Assembly: GCA_052426225.1 (NCBI GenBank)
Contig: JBNJNM010000013.1
Location: 1,116,001-1,180,000 of the forward strand
From: Zancudomyces culisetae HAW-14-8
Taxonomy: Eukaryota > Fungi > Kickxellomycota
Reading direction: 5' to 3'
DNA: 64,000 nucleotides
The translations under genes were made by a program, and so were the position numbers. This document shows positions 20,559-30,967 of the stretch, piece after piece. The notes under the pieces are model-generated. The model was given only the letters and a program-made list of their open reading frames with translations. It did not search any database and was not told where the DNA came from. Within the stretch, counting starts at the first letter, position 1, and each line of letters starts with the position of its first letter.

Positions 20559-20658
20559 TGTATTATTGATGACAACATTTGTTTTCCAGGATAGCAAGAT
20601 AGCTCTCTATCCGATGAGTGAAGCAAATACCTTCTAAGAAGCCCTGAACTTTTATACA
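20559..20658 (+). ncRNA. Intronic box C/D snoRNA, U61/SNORD61-like
   Basis: C TTGATGA (20566-20572), internal hairpin GGATAG/CTATCC, D CTGA (20644-20647), TGTAT/ATACA stem. Guide CCTTCTAAGAAG is antisense to SSU CUUCUUAGAGGG (one G-U); D+5 pairs with U (human Um1442 region). Confidence 0.8.
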
Positions 20659-20804
20659 TGTTTATTATTGACGGTTCTCTTTTTTAAAGAAAAGATTTAC
20701 TAATCTTTCTTTCTTTCTATACAGGGTAGATGACGCAAGGCTCTAGTAGTCGTTGGCTTCAAGCAAAGTAACAAGGTAATTACAATTCACATTATTTGTT
20801 AACC

Positions 20805-20909
20805 TGCCACTAGATGATGTTTTTTAGTTTAATATCTGTCAATCCACTGAAGACATCTGTTGTCTATCATGTTGATTCGTTTTTATACGACCTGTTCTGA
20901 ATTATAGCA
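20805..20909 (+). ncRNA. Intronic box C/D snoRNA, snoR14/SNORD110-like
   Basis: C ATGATGT (20814), D' CTGA (20847), C' ATGTTGA (20869), D CTGA (20897). D' guide ATCTGTCAATCC is a 12-nt antisense match to SSU GGAUUGACAGAU, with D'+5 pairing U. D guide GACCTGTT is antisense to SSU AACAGGUC. Confidence 0.82.
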
Positions 20910-21438
20910 CCATTGTTTACTTAATGAGTTTATATTTCAACGCTTTTCTAATCTAAATTCATTATTTTTTCCATGTAGGTATTTCTCGCTTCCCTTTTAT
21001 TATAAAAATATTGACATTTATATGAAAAATCTTAGTGTTAAATAAACAAAATATCAGCCATACTTTCTTTTCATGCCCTTCGTTTTTTTTTGACAATTAT
21101 AAGCTCACTAAATTTTGATTAGTTTTGCTAATTCACCTGAAACGGCCGAAAGTTAGCCTAAAGCTAGGAAAAAAAAGGCTGGTGACTCATCATCGGCTTC
21201 GATGGCTTTTTCCCAGAAAATCATAATGGCTATGCCACATATATGAGGCTCGTTGTGACACAGAGCAGTCAACTCATAACTAATTTACTGGTCTGTGAAT
21301 GTGTTTTTTACATCATATCTATTTATGCGGTTTTACAAGAAAAAGAAAAGGTAGTAGAAAAAAAATGAGTGATAGTAAGTGTGGTGTACCACACTACAAC
21401 AATGCCATATTTTCATCTGTCAGCTTAGACAGAGCTGT

Positions 21439-22143
21439 TTACTCCAATTCCAACCATTCTACAAGTTCCTTTTTCAAGTATGAGTTCCATTGGGTTTCGT
21501 AAATGGCATATTCGTAACTATCTATGTAGTGATTGTCCATAACGAGCACCTCTGACAATACATACTCAAGAGGAACCTTTGCAACCTTCTCCAGCCATTT
21601 TCGCATTGGTATGTTATCTTTAGTAGTTTTAAACACAACTTTATGAAGCTTCAATACATCAAAGCTCGTCTGTAGACAGTGGTAGATTGCCTCGCTCCCA
21701 TATCCACCCTTCCACATTCTATGATCTAAAATTATCCCAACTTCAGCATTTGCCGATCTTAGGTCGATATCTTTGAGGCCACAATGTCCGATTATTACAA
21801 AATCCTCGTCAATACCATTTGTCCCGGCTTTTAGTATCTCTTCTTTGCTGAATTTGTCTACAAGGCTACCTAGATTCTTCACGGTAATTGCAATTGCAAA
21901 AGACAAATCTTCACCAAGTGCGTTTAGTCTTTCTCTATTTTTTCGTCTTTCTACGACTTCCTCGTGTGACCAACCTTCTGGTGCCTTAGCCATAAACATT
22001 AAATACTTCATTGTTTCAGGACAACTTAGTATCCGCTGTACTGATGCATCTGTTGTCTCGTTGAACGGCACGAGCGCTAACCTCTTTCCGTGAATTGTGT
22101 ATGAGGTTGGCACAGTTATTTCGTCGTTGGGATAGTTTATCAT
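21439..22143 (-). CDS. GNAT N-acetyltransferase, RimJ/RimL (Acetyltransf_3) type
   Basis: IIGHCGLKDIDLRSANAEVGIILDHRMWKGGYGSEA (acetyl-CoA motif A), LKLHKVVF..DNIPMRKWLEK, YIDSYEYAI..TQW. Confidence 0.88.
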   Translation of the reverse strand: MINYPNDEITVPTSYTIHGKRLALVPFNETTDASVQRILSCPETMKYLMFMAKAPEGWSHEEVVERRKNRERLNALGEDLSFAIAITVKNLGSLVDKFSKEEILKAGTNGIDEDFVIIGHCGLKDIDLRSANAEVGIILDHRMWKGGYGSEAIYHCLQTSFDVLKLHKVVFKTTKDNIPMRKWLEKVAKVPLEYVLSEVLVMDNHYIDSYEYAIYETQWNSYLKKELVEWLELE

Positions 22144-24986
22144 TGTTTGGGTAATTTTTCGTGTGTAAATCTTTGCCTAAAATTAAAGTATATTAAAAAT
22201 AATATTATTTCTTTAAGAATCAGTGCTGTTCTGGTTAAATAGAATATTTCTTTGACATATGTATGTGATATAAGTATTAAATCCTATTTTATCCTGAAAA
22301 CAAAAAAAAATTTAAAATTTTTTTTTTATTATTAGTAAAAATCCTCGGAATCGATCAATAAAAACAAACCGAGTTTCATATTTTGGATTTGGGGAAAGGT
22401 CACTATGCCCCTATTTCATATTAGTGGTGGAATTACAAAATGAAGGCCAATAATGTCGGGATTTTTTTTTTGTAGTTGGATGAGGAAACAATTTGATGTT
22501 AAAGTCAAATGCATTGATATATTAAAAAGTAAAATTAAAAATCAAAAAATGGTGAGAATAAATGGTCAAGATCTGGTAACGATCATATATAAATATCACT
22601 ATCGTCTGTTGATCTAGGCAGGGATATTCAAAAGTATTAATATTTATATTTTATAGTCTAACCCAGTGACTGTGTCTAGTGTCTCACTTCTACCCTCATT
22701 TATGTTGCAGCTCGATAAATAGAAAAAGAGTTAGGTATGAAGACCGGATTAATGATGATTTTAATAAAATGTGTTTAATGTGATTTTTAGATGTTTGTTT
22801 TTTATAGCTATTGCCTTTTCAATCTTTTATTGCTCCATAATATATACAGATGTTGTGTATGGAGTATCCCACTATTTCGATGTCAGAATATACAACTAGT
22901 CACTAAGTACAAACAAGGTAGTAATAAGGCATGCTATATCAACCGTTTTTCAGTATTTCTTTTTTCTTTTTCCTTTTTTCTCTTTTATCTCAAACGCTGT
23001 TGAGATTATCATAGTAGATAACGATTTTTTCTGGAATATGAAATAAAACCAAATGATATTTACAATTTGGAATATAGAGTGTGGTGAAATGGCTCGATAG
23101 GCATATACACAACGAGTTAACTAAGTATTATTATAGTTACATGTTATATAATTCATCATGTGAAAATTTGTATGCTACTAAACTATCTTTGTAGGTTTGG
23201 TAAAAGAACAAATAATATATTATGTTTACTATGATGGAATATTAGCAAACATCAACCTTCTGTCATATTCACATACTTGAAACTAAACTATATCTGTATT
23301 ATTGTTTTAAAAAATGAAGGTAGGTGCGTATACGTGTAATAAAAGTGTGCTTCTTTTTTTAGATTTAACACAGGCATATAACAGGTAAAGATAAGAAATA
23401 AAATAAAAATGATGTGATTTTTAATGTTTCAACTTGTGTGTAACAAAGTGAAGTGAACAAAAATTTTACAGGTTACACGCCACAGAAAAAAATGTGCAAA
23501 GGGACATGGAGAGGGGTCAAGTGAAGTGGAGTGGAGTGAATTGGAGTGGGGATTATTTATTGAAAAGGTGTGGAAAGCTGGGATTGTGCTATCTGTATAG
23601 ATTTAGTTAAACATATATAATGTTTATTTTTTATTTTTTTTAATTTATATAATTTTTGTTATCTGTTGGCATTAATTAAAGTGAACTAGAACAATTTACT
23701 TTAGCAAATACGCTATTTTAGGAAAGAAAAACGAAAAGAAAAAGGTAGATAGGAGGAAAAGTATAATGGATATCGAGATACTATTATAAACTTTTTTTTT
23801 TGATAAAAAGGATGTTGCAATCTGGGTTGTAAACAATTATACACGTTACATTGAGGGCTGCGCGTAGAGTAATAAAGGAGGAAGGAGAAAGGTAAAAACT
23901 ATGGATGAGATGAACAAGATGTGTTTGATATTAAATGATATTTGGAAAGTGTATATTAGCACGGATTTGTAATCTTTTGTAGCGCTTATTCAGGTATTTC
24001 TAATGGTTCTGTTAATCTGACCACAATATTGGCTATCAAAGTTCTACTGGTGTTAGGTAGCAGTATGTGATTGATTAATGCCAGATTATAAATTTGCGAA
24101 AAACAGAGGCTAGTGCAGTAATATACATTATCCAGTATTACAATATATATTTATAAAGTCTGATATTCATTTCAAGAATTTGTAATTTAGCATCAATATA
24201 CCATGTAATATGTGTTCCATATTACAAATGAAACAAAAAAAAATAAAGTAAGAAGAGGCCGAAAAATACCAAAATAATAATTTCATGCTAACAGCACAAT
24301 CATCGCTGATTCGATTTTGTGTGGTTTAGCTTTCTAATCCCTCACGTTTTTCTTGATAACTGATTTACCCTTTGGCGATGTAAATATTCACTTCAAAATA
24401 AATCATAAAACAATCTCGTAAAGTGTGAATGTGCAAGCAAATAGACGCGGACAACTGTCACTTCATTTTAGATTTTGATGGTTTCATCAAATTTCCCTGT
24501 TGGTAAGAAATAAAAAGGTTAGCGTTTACATAAACCCACAGTAATAAAAAAAAAAGTGATTCAAATAATCGGTGGAAATTAGCTTAGGAACGAATAAAAA
24601 TCAATTTGCTAATTAAATTGGGATCAAATGGTGGTTATGTTCTTCAATGGCAAAGATGGATTGTTCAACAAATTAACACTGATCCCTTTTTTTACAATGT
24701 AACAATTGAACCCGGTTCTTGTAGTTGATACAAAGTGTGTATTTTTTTTTACTTTAACTAGATGAAAAAATAATAGCAAAATCTAATAAATTAAAGCACA
24801 AGTACCAGAAACAAACTACCATGGCCTGATACTGAATATTTCCGCAGCCAAAAAAGGCAAAAAAAACTAGTAAAACTCTTATAATAAAATTTTTTTTAGT
24901 AGGAAGGTTGATGGGCCAGTGTCAACTTATAAAGGCCGAGATAAGAGAAAGAAAAAACAAGACAGGTTACTTTGAGCTAAAGTGGA

Positions 24987-25703
24987 ATGGAAAAACTAGT
25001 CAACTACCCAAATTCGTCGGTAAAGATACCAACTGATCTGTCCTTGGTTGGAAAAACGGTTGTATTGGTTCCAATGGACGAAACTACAGACCAGGGTACG
25101 TTTAGGGTTCTAAATTGCCCCAAGACACTAACATTCTTGAAATACATGCAAAATAGTCCATACGGCTGGACGATGGAGCAGATAGTTGAACGTCGGAAAG
25201 TAAAGAACGAAATGCAGGAAAGGAATGAAACAATATATTTTGGTCTGGGTGTGCTCATTAACGGAAGGGCAAAGATTAGAGAAATGGTTGACGAAAATGA
25301 TATACTGATAAAGAACATAAACGGAATAGAGTGCGAATATTCAATAGTAGGAAACTGTGGAGTTCACCATATGGATTTGAAAAACGGGAATTGCGAGCTG
25401 GGAGTAGTGTTAGAACGGAAATTTTGGCGAAAAAAATTGGGAACCGAAACATGTTATCTGGTATTACAGTACATGTTTGAGAAAGTGGGTGTTCATCGGG
25501 TTTCGTTTTATACAATAGAAAAGAATACAAATATGCGTGGATGGTTGGAAATGCTGTGCTGTAAAAAAGTAGAAGCTATAGTTAAGGATCATACATATAC
25601 GGATGGAGAATACGTGGATTCATACGTATACTCGGTTTTTGATCGTGATTGGTACTCGTATCTGCGTGATAAGTTGTGTAAAGTAGTCAATGATGCTTTA
25701 TAA
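24987..25703 (+). CDS. GNAT N-acetyltransferase, RimJ/RimL type, paralogue of 21439-22143
   Basis: IVGNCGVHHMDLKNGNCELGVVLERKFWRKKLGTE, GVHRVSF..KNTNMRGWLE, YVDSYVYSVFDRDW; shares the NYPN..PT..ETTD..L.CP.T N-terminus with the paralogue. Confidence 0.88.
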   Translation: MEKLVNYPNSSVKIPTDLSLVGKTVVLVPMDETTDQGTFRVLNCPKTLTFLKYMQNSPYGWTMEQIVERRKVKNEMQERNETIYFGLGVLINGRAKIREMVDENDILIKNINGIECEYSIVGNCGVHHMDLKNGNCELGVVLERKFWRKKLGTETCYLVLQYMFEKVGVHRVSFYTIEKNTNMRGWLEMLCCKKVEAIVKDHTYTDGEYVDSYVYSVFDRDWYSYLRDKLCKVVNDAL

Positions 25704-26702
25704 CAGCTTGGTTTTGGTTTTGGTTTTGCTTTTACCAGTCTGGAAAATACCTAGAAACAAAAGAAGAAAGAAAAAAATTTTTTTTTTGCAAACCTCAATG
25801 GTTTTTCAAAGTTTGATGACTTTGGAGGACGGGATAGAGAGAGAGAGAGAGAGAGAGAAAGTGGGGATGAGAGAGGAATGAAGGAAGAAAGGAAGAGAGC
25901 AAGTGGTATCTGTGAGTTTAAAGCATTTGGGTGATGCAGATTACAAGAGTATATATTTACTATATAGACTCATGTTAAATTAAATTTTGAATTATATCTA
26001 GTGCTTTTTGTTAAAATAGACAACCAGGTAGAGTAGATGTGGTGGTGTGGTGGTGTGGGGGGGGGGGTGAAGGGGGTGAAGGGAGAGACTAGAAAATAAT
26101 AATGTTTACTTGATATGTATTTATATTCAACATAATAATCATAATAATAAAAAACAAATGAGCAAATGAATTTGTTGTACAGTCAACCAAGCAGCCAGCC
26201 AGCCAGCCAGCCGCTTTACAAATTTTTGTTAGGTATATTTTCATGAATTGATGGAATTTTGATCCAGTTTGAAATCAGAAAAAAAAATTTTTTTTTTCCA
26301 GCTAACTATATTTTTGTTAATTGCCTAAAACGAATAAAAGTCTGGTAAAATTATATCGGAAGTTGGCGGTGGTGGTGGGGGGGTGGAGAGTAGTGGGAAG
26401 GGAGAGGGAGAGGGAGTAGTTACGACTATTTTAATTTTAATCATTGTAGGTAAATTTGTGGTAACATAAATGGGAAAAGTAAAAAAAAAAAATTTTTTTT
26501 TTTTTTGCAAAGTTCAAATGTTAAATCGAAAATAAATGAAAAATGAAATAATATACAAAAGTAATAACACTAGGCCACAATAAATCTAGTAAATATAGAA
26601 TCGAGACAAGTCAAAACAAAACAATATAATTCAGAAAAAAAATACAAGAAAATAAAATCAAAATAAAATAAAAGCGAGTAAATAGTGTGTATGCTTGTAA
26701 AT

Positions 26703-29700
26703 ATGGTACACGAATTGAAAACAGAAATAAGGAATATAAAGAACCAAATAACTTTGGCACAGACAAATGTTAAGAAAAGAGCAGAAGTGCTGATAGCCGT
26801 TGAGGAGTCGATAAGAGAGCAACAGAGAAATGCAGGCGAAAGTATAGAAGGAGAAATAAACGCTTCAAGCTATGTAGCAGCATTATTGGCACTGTTGGAT
26901 CAGCAGCAAAAAAACGACATAGAAATACAGGAAGGCAATGTTGAAGCAAACGAGGTGAAAGAGGCAATAGTGTATCTGATTGGAAGGGTAATACAGTATG
27001 TGCCAGAAAAGGTGTTACGCAGCCAATATTTTAGGATTATGGGTATTTTGAGTAATTCAGTAGATTTGAGCAGTGCTACTGAGACTGAATTGGTATCAAT
27101 AATCTCGAGCATGGAAGCTTTGTTAAAGGGTCTGGACAGAAATGGGTGGCAACAGAGTTTCTCGTATAAAGGGTTGCAGGCAATTTTAATAATGTGCTTG
27201 GATTCAAGAGAAGAAGTACACAAAAGAGGAATAGAAGCGGTAAAAGTAATTATGCAGGAGGGATCAAAAGCAAAAGGCAAAAACACAAGTCAATCAAAAT
27301 TGCAAAGTCAACACCCTATGGCAGTTGATAGTATAACTTTTGCAATGGAGATGCTAGAGAATGGACTTCAACAGCAAGATGGAGCGGGTGGTGTTGATAT
27401 AAGACAAGTCAAGTTAGTTTCAGCACTTTGTAGTGCTGTTCCAAAAGAAAAACTGGCATATATGGTATGGAGATTGATGGAGATAGCGACAATCAAAAAT
27501 AAAGAACAACAGCAACAACAACAAAAGAAGCAAAGAGTTGGTGAAAATGGTGTTCATAATGGAGATGCAAGTATTGAAGATGATGAAAATGAAGAGTTGG
27601 AAGAATTGGAAAAGATAGTAGAAGGGCTTATTGAAGGAATCCATCAATTGTTTAAGGCAGCAGTAGAACTAAAAGAAATAAACAAAGTAAAAGAACTTGT
27701 AGAGCAGTTGAGAAAGCAAAAGCCAGGAGCTAATAACAGCAGTGGTGGAGGAAATAGTAATGAAGGGGTGGGAGCGGGTGTAGGCAAGGCGATAGATGCA
27801 GAGATATGGATACGAGTGATGGAGGTGGTGGTTGGAGTAGAATACATCGAGGGTGTAGAGAGTATGGAGTATTTGGGATCAGAGACGGCTGTTTCAGTGT
27901 TAGATGGAGCGCAAGTGTTGAATATATTTAGGGATATGAAGGGGTATTTAGAAACAGGTACTCAACGAACCAAAAAGGCAGCTGCAAAGGGGATGAGGAG
28001 AATAATTCGAGAAAAGATAGTTACCAACTATAGCGGCAATAGCAGCACGAATTTGCAAGCCATGATGACAATGGAACAGGAGATTGGAAAAGAACTGGAA
28101 GAAGCGATGGGATACCAATATAGAAACGAATGGAAGGAAGTGTTCAAGCTAATTAGAGAATACATGTATGTAGGACAGCCATTGTTGCCACAGACAGAGC
28201 CACAAGGGGTTAGTAATGAAGAAGTTAAATCACAAAAGAAAGGATTAAAGATGGTCAAGCTTAGTGAACAAAAGCAAAAAATAATTGAACATGTGGCAGC
28301 GATGCGCGGAGATCTAAACCAGCCGTTTAATGTTCAAAGCGAAGTTGATAACATGTTGACAGCGAGTGTTAGAGCACTGGGACCACGGCAGTTCTTGCAG
28401 GTTCTTCCGTTGAATCTCGAGGCAATATTGACAAAGGATTACAGCACTAGTCGAACATGGGAGTTGCCATTGATGAAGGGAGGTATACAAGGAGCGGAAA
28501 TTGGACACTTTATAAATGAAATGATACCAAGAGCAGACATGATGGGGCAGCAGAGCCGGGAGTTGTTGGTGTTGTCGTTATCGAGTGGACAGGATTCGGG
28601 TAATAACAGCAATGGTAAAGCAATACAGGCAAAAGTGCTCAAAACAATAGAAATGCAGATTTGGGATTTGTTTGTGGAATATACTAGTAACAACCCAGTG
28701 GATGTAGAACAGAGTGTTACTAATGAGTTTATGCAGGAAATGATTAGACGTATTGTAGCAACACCTCAATCTATTGACAACAACAACAACAACAACAACA
28801 TTATTAATGGTAGTGACAATCAATCCATAGCTATGGCTGACGAGGAAACACGTATCAAAGAAATGATTGTTAGTGGATTGAGAGGGCTGGCCAAGTATAC
28901 AAAGACACTGATGCAGTCACAATCCGACAATCTGGGTACTACCAGTAACTGTGTAAATGTGGTGGTACAGACAGCTCCTCAATTGATTTCAATTCTGTTT
29001 AATGAGTTGAATAGCAATGATTCCAATAATAATAATAATAATAATAGTGGTATAAACACCAGAACAATAAATGCAGAGTTGATTAAGGAGACGGCTCGTG
29101 AGTATTTGGGACTTTGTAGCGAGCAGCAAGTTGTAGAATTGTACGGACAGTTGGATTCCATGGTTAACAACAGCGTTTCCAGTATAACCAACGGTGATAA
29201 AGATAGCAACGTTGATCAGGTATTGGTGATACTTGAGGTGTTGATTATTATAGCACCGTATTTCAATTCGGAAATTGCTCAACAAATATTGAACAAGTAC
29301 CTGGTTCTACTAAGTAACTCTGATAGTAGTAGCAGCAGCAATGATTTGTTTGATAATCAAGAGTTAAAAAGAAAGGTTTACAAACTAATAACCGAAGTTA
29401 TTGGCAAGCTGGAAAACCAACCTTTAGTCATCCATGAGGTTTTGAAATCAGTTGTTATTTCCAAAAGTAATGATGCAAGCAATAATGCCTCCAGGAGTGG
29501 AGGGGAAGTATCCTTGGGGTTATCTGTGAATATCAAGGATCGTATAAAGCTGATTACAAAGTTGATTGAAATGCAAATCCATGCTTATTCATCATTCCAG
29601 AATTTGGAGATTAGTACTCAAATGAATAGTGAAGCGGAAACTGTAACCAAACTGCTTATTGGAGAAACAGTTGTATACACCAAAAACATTAACGAAAAAA

Positions 29701-30962
29701 TCCGGGTTTCAAGTCTTAAACTCTTGGAAAATATTGCTAAATTTACTATTCTTCGATTCAATATTGTAAATGGTAGTGGTAATGGAGGACTAAAATGGGT
29801 AATTGATGTAGTGGCTGCAGGTTTAGCTTCTCAATCTGCTGTAATGATATCCGCTACAATCAATAGCATTACACACTTGTTGTTACATTATTACAACGCC
29901 GAAACCAGCGAAAATAACAATAGTGTTGAAGGACTGGCGTATATCAACGAAATCTTTGATACAGTCATCTTGTTCATTACAAAAGATGTTTCTTCAAACA
30001 AGAAAAAGGACGGTAGTGGAAATGTCAAGAATAAAAAGAATGGAAATAAATCCGTTGGCAATGGTAATGGTAATGGTAATTTTGATGCTAAGAACTCGCA
30101 TGAAATCATAAATAAATCAATCCTCAACTTTTTCAAGACTTACTCATCACTTATCAAGACTCAAATTGAAAAGAACCGGCTGATGGTAATGTTGGAATTT
30201 ATAAAAACTCATAATTATGGTAAAGGTAACAAGTACCTGTTGGTAAAATTTATCAAGATCTTTGGTAACGACTACATTTCACCACTCTTTATCGCCCAAA
30301 ATCAGAACCAACCAGGTTCAAATACCCAGGAACTGTTGTCTCACTATAGACGGTTTTATAATAGTGTGGTCAGATTGATGAATCCAAACACCAACAAGGA
30401 TGCCGATACTCTTGAACTCGATAACCTTACTGGTGGTAATAAAAATGGCAAAAAAGAAAAAAGAGATAAAAGAAGAAATGCTCAACAAAACAAACAAATG
30501 CTTCTTGACGACTATATCTCAAATAACACCAATTCCAACACCAACAATGATAATGGTATTGATGATGATGGTGATGGTGGTATGGCTATGGACTTCCTTT
30601 CCAAATCTGCCTTTTCTCGTTTTACAACCTTTAAAAATAACTCAAATAAAGGTTTGTTTGGCAATGACGATGATGGAATCAACATTGATTTTAAAAATGG
30701 CAAACTTGTCGTTCCTAATGAACAACCACCAACAGATAACAATACCGGAAACCAAAATGACACCAAAAAACCATTTTCCATGTCAATGTCAACGTCAATG
30801 TCACATTCAACAAATAAACAACAAAAAGGTGTTGCTAATAGAATAAAAGATGCAAAGAAAAAGAAAAGCGATACACTAAAGAAAAATGCACGGTTCCAAC
30901 CATATGCATACATTCCGCTCTCTGGAAAACCAAACAAAAACAGAAAACTAGTCAAAAACTAG
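26703..30962 (+). CDS. RRP12: Ribosomal RNA-processing protein 12 (HEAT/NUC173)
   Basis: LIAVEESIREQ..SYVAALLALL N-terminus; NUC173-like GPRQFLQVLPLNL..SRTWELPLMK..AEIGHF..EMIP..QIWDLF; VAAGLASQSAVMISATI; C-terminal QPYAYIPL. Start ATG at 26703 (or 26691); many poly-N/Q insertions. Confidence 0.88.
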   Translation: MVHELKTEIRNIKNQITLAQTNVKKRAEVLIAVEESIREQQRNAGESIEGEINASSYVAALLALLDQQQKNDIEIQEGNVEANEVKEAIVYLIGRVIQYVPEKVLRSQYFRIMGILSNSVDLSSATETELVSIISSMEALLKGLDRNGWQQSFSYKGLQAILIMCLDSREEVHKRGIEAVKVIMQEGSKAKGKNTSQSKLQSQHPMAVDSITFAMEMLENGLQQQDGAGGVDIRQVKLVSALCSAVPKEKLAYMVWRLMEIATIKNKEQQQQQQKKQRVGENGVHNGDASIEDDENEELEELEKIVEGLIEGIHQLFKAAVELKEINKVKELVEQLRKQKPGANNSSGGGNSNEGVGAGVGKAIDAEIWIRVMEVVVGVEYIEGVESMEYLGSETAVSVLDGAQVLNIFRDMKGYLETGTQRTKKAAAKGMRRIIREKIVTNYSGNSSTNLQAMMTMEQEIGKELEEAMGYQYRNEWKEVFKLIREYMYVGQPLLPQTEPQGVSNEEVKSQKKGLKMVKLSEQKQKIIEHVAAMRGDLNQPFNVQSEVDNMLTASVRALGPRQFLQVLPLNLEAILTKDYSTSRTWELPLMKGGIQGAEIGHFINEMIPRADMMGQQSRELLVLSLSSGQDSGNNSNGKAIQAKVLKTIEMQIWDLFVEYTSNNPVDVEQSVTNEFMQEMIRRIVATPQSIDNNNNNNNIINGSDNQSIAMADEETRIKEMIVSGLRGLAKYTKTLMQSQSDNLGTTSNCVNVVVQTAPQLISILFNELNSNDSNNNNNNNSGINTRTINAELIKETAREYLGLCSEQQVVELYGQLDSMVNNSVSSITNGDKDSNVDQVLVILEVLIIIAPYFNSEIAQQILNKYLVLLSNSDSSSSSNDLFDNQELKRKVYKLITEVIGKLENQPLVIHEVLKSVVISKSNDASNNASRSGGEVSLGLSVNIKDRIKLITKLIEMQIHAYSSFQNLEISTQMNSEAETVTKLLIGETVVYTKNINEKIRVSSLKLLENIAKFTILRFNIVNGSGNGGLKWVIDVVAAGLASQSAVMISATINSITHLLLHYYNAETSENNNSVEGLAYINEIFDTVILFITKDVSSNKKKDGSGNVKNKKNGNKSVGNGNGNGNFDAKNSHEIINKSILNFFKTYSSLIKTQIEKNRLMVMLEFIKTHNYGKGNKYLLVKFIKIFGNDYISPLFIAQNQNQPGSNTQELLSHYRRFYNSVVRLMNPNTNKDADTLELDNLTGGNKNGKKEKRDKRRNAQQNKQMLLDDYISNNTNSNTNNDNGIDDDGDGGMAMDFLSKSAFSRFTTFKNNSNKGLFGNDDDGINIDFKNGKLVVPNEQPPTDNNTGNQNDTKKPFSMSMSTSMSHSTNKQQKGVANRIKDAKKKKSDTLKKNARFQPYAYIPLSGKPNKNRKLVKN

Positions 30963-30967
30963 ATCAT

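Larger units (their letters stand above)
19345..21060 (+). ncRNA. Putative spliced non-coding host transcript for RNase MRP RNA and four box C/D snoRNAs (ends approximate)
   Basis: Predicted introns: 19376-19883, 19944-20154, 20226-20389, 20409-20499, 20510-20724, 20776-20978. Donors are GTAAGG/GTAAGT/GTAAGG/GTAAAC/GTAATT/GTAATT. Branch points CTAAC 19861, GCTAAC 20125, GCTGAC 20341, CTGAC 20466, ACTAAT 20699, CTAAT 20948; YAG acceptors. Internal exons are only 60, 71, 19, 10 and 51 nt; the ATG ending exon 1 gives only 19 codons. AATAAA at 21041. Confidence 0.75.

Noticed and set aside
19467-30962. MRP/snoRNA locus and RRP12 as a ribosome-biogenesis gene cluster
   Set aside because: They are separated by two unrelated GNAT genes; proximity alone is compatible with chance without synteny data.
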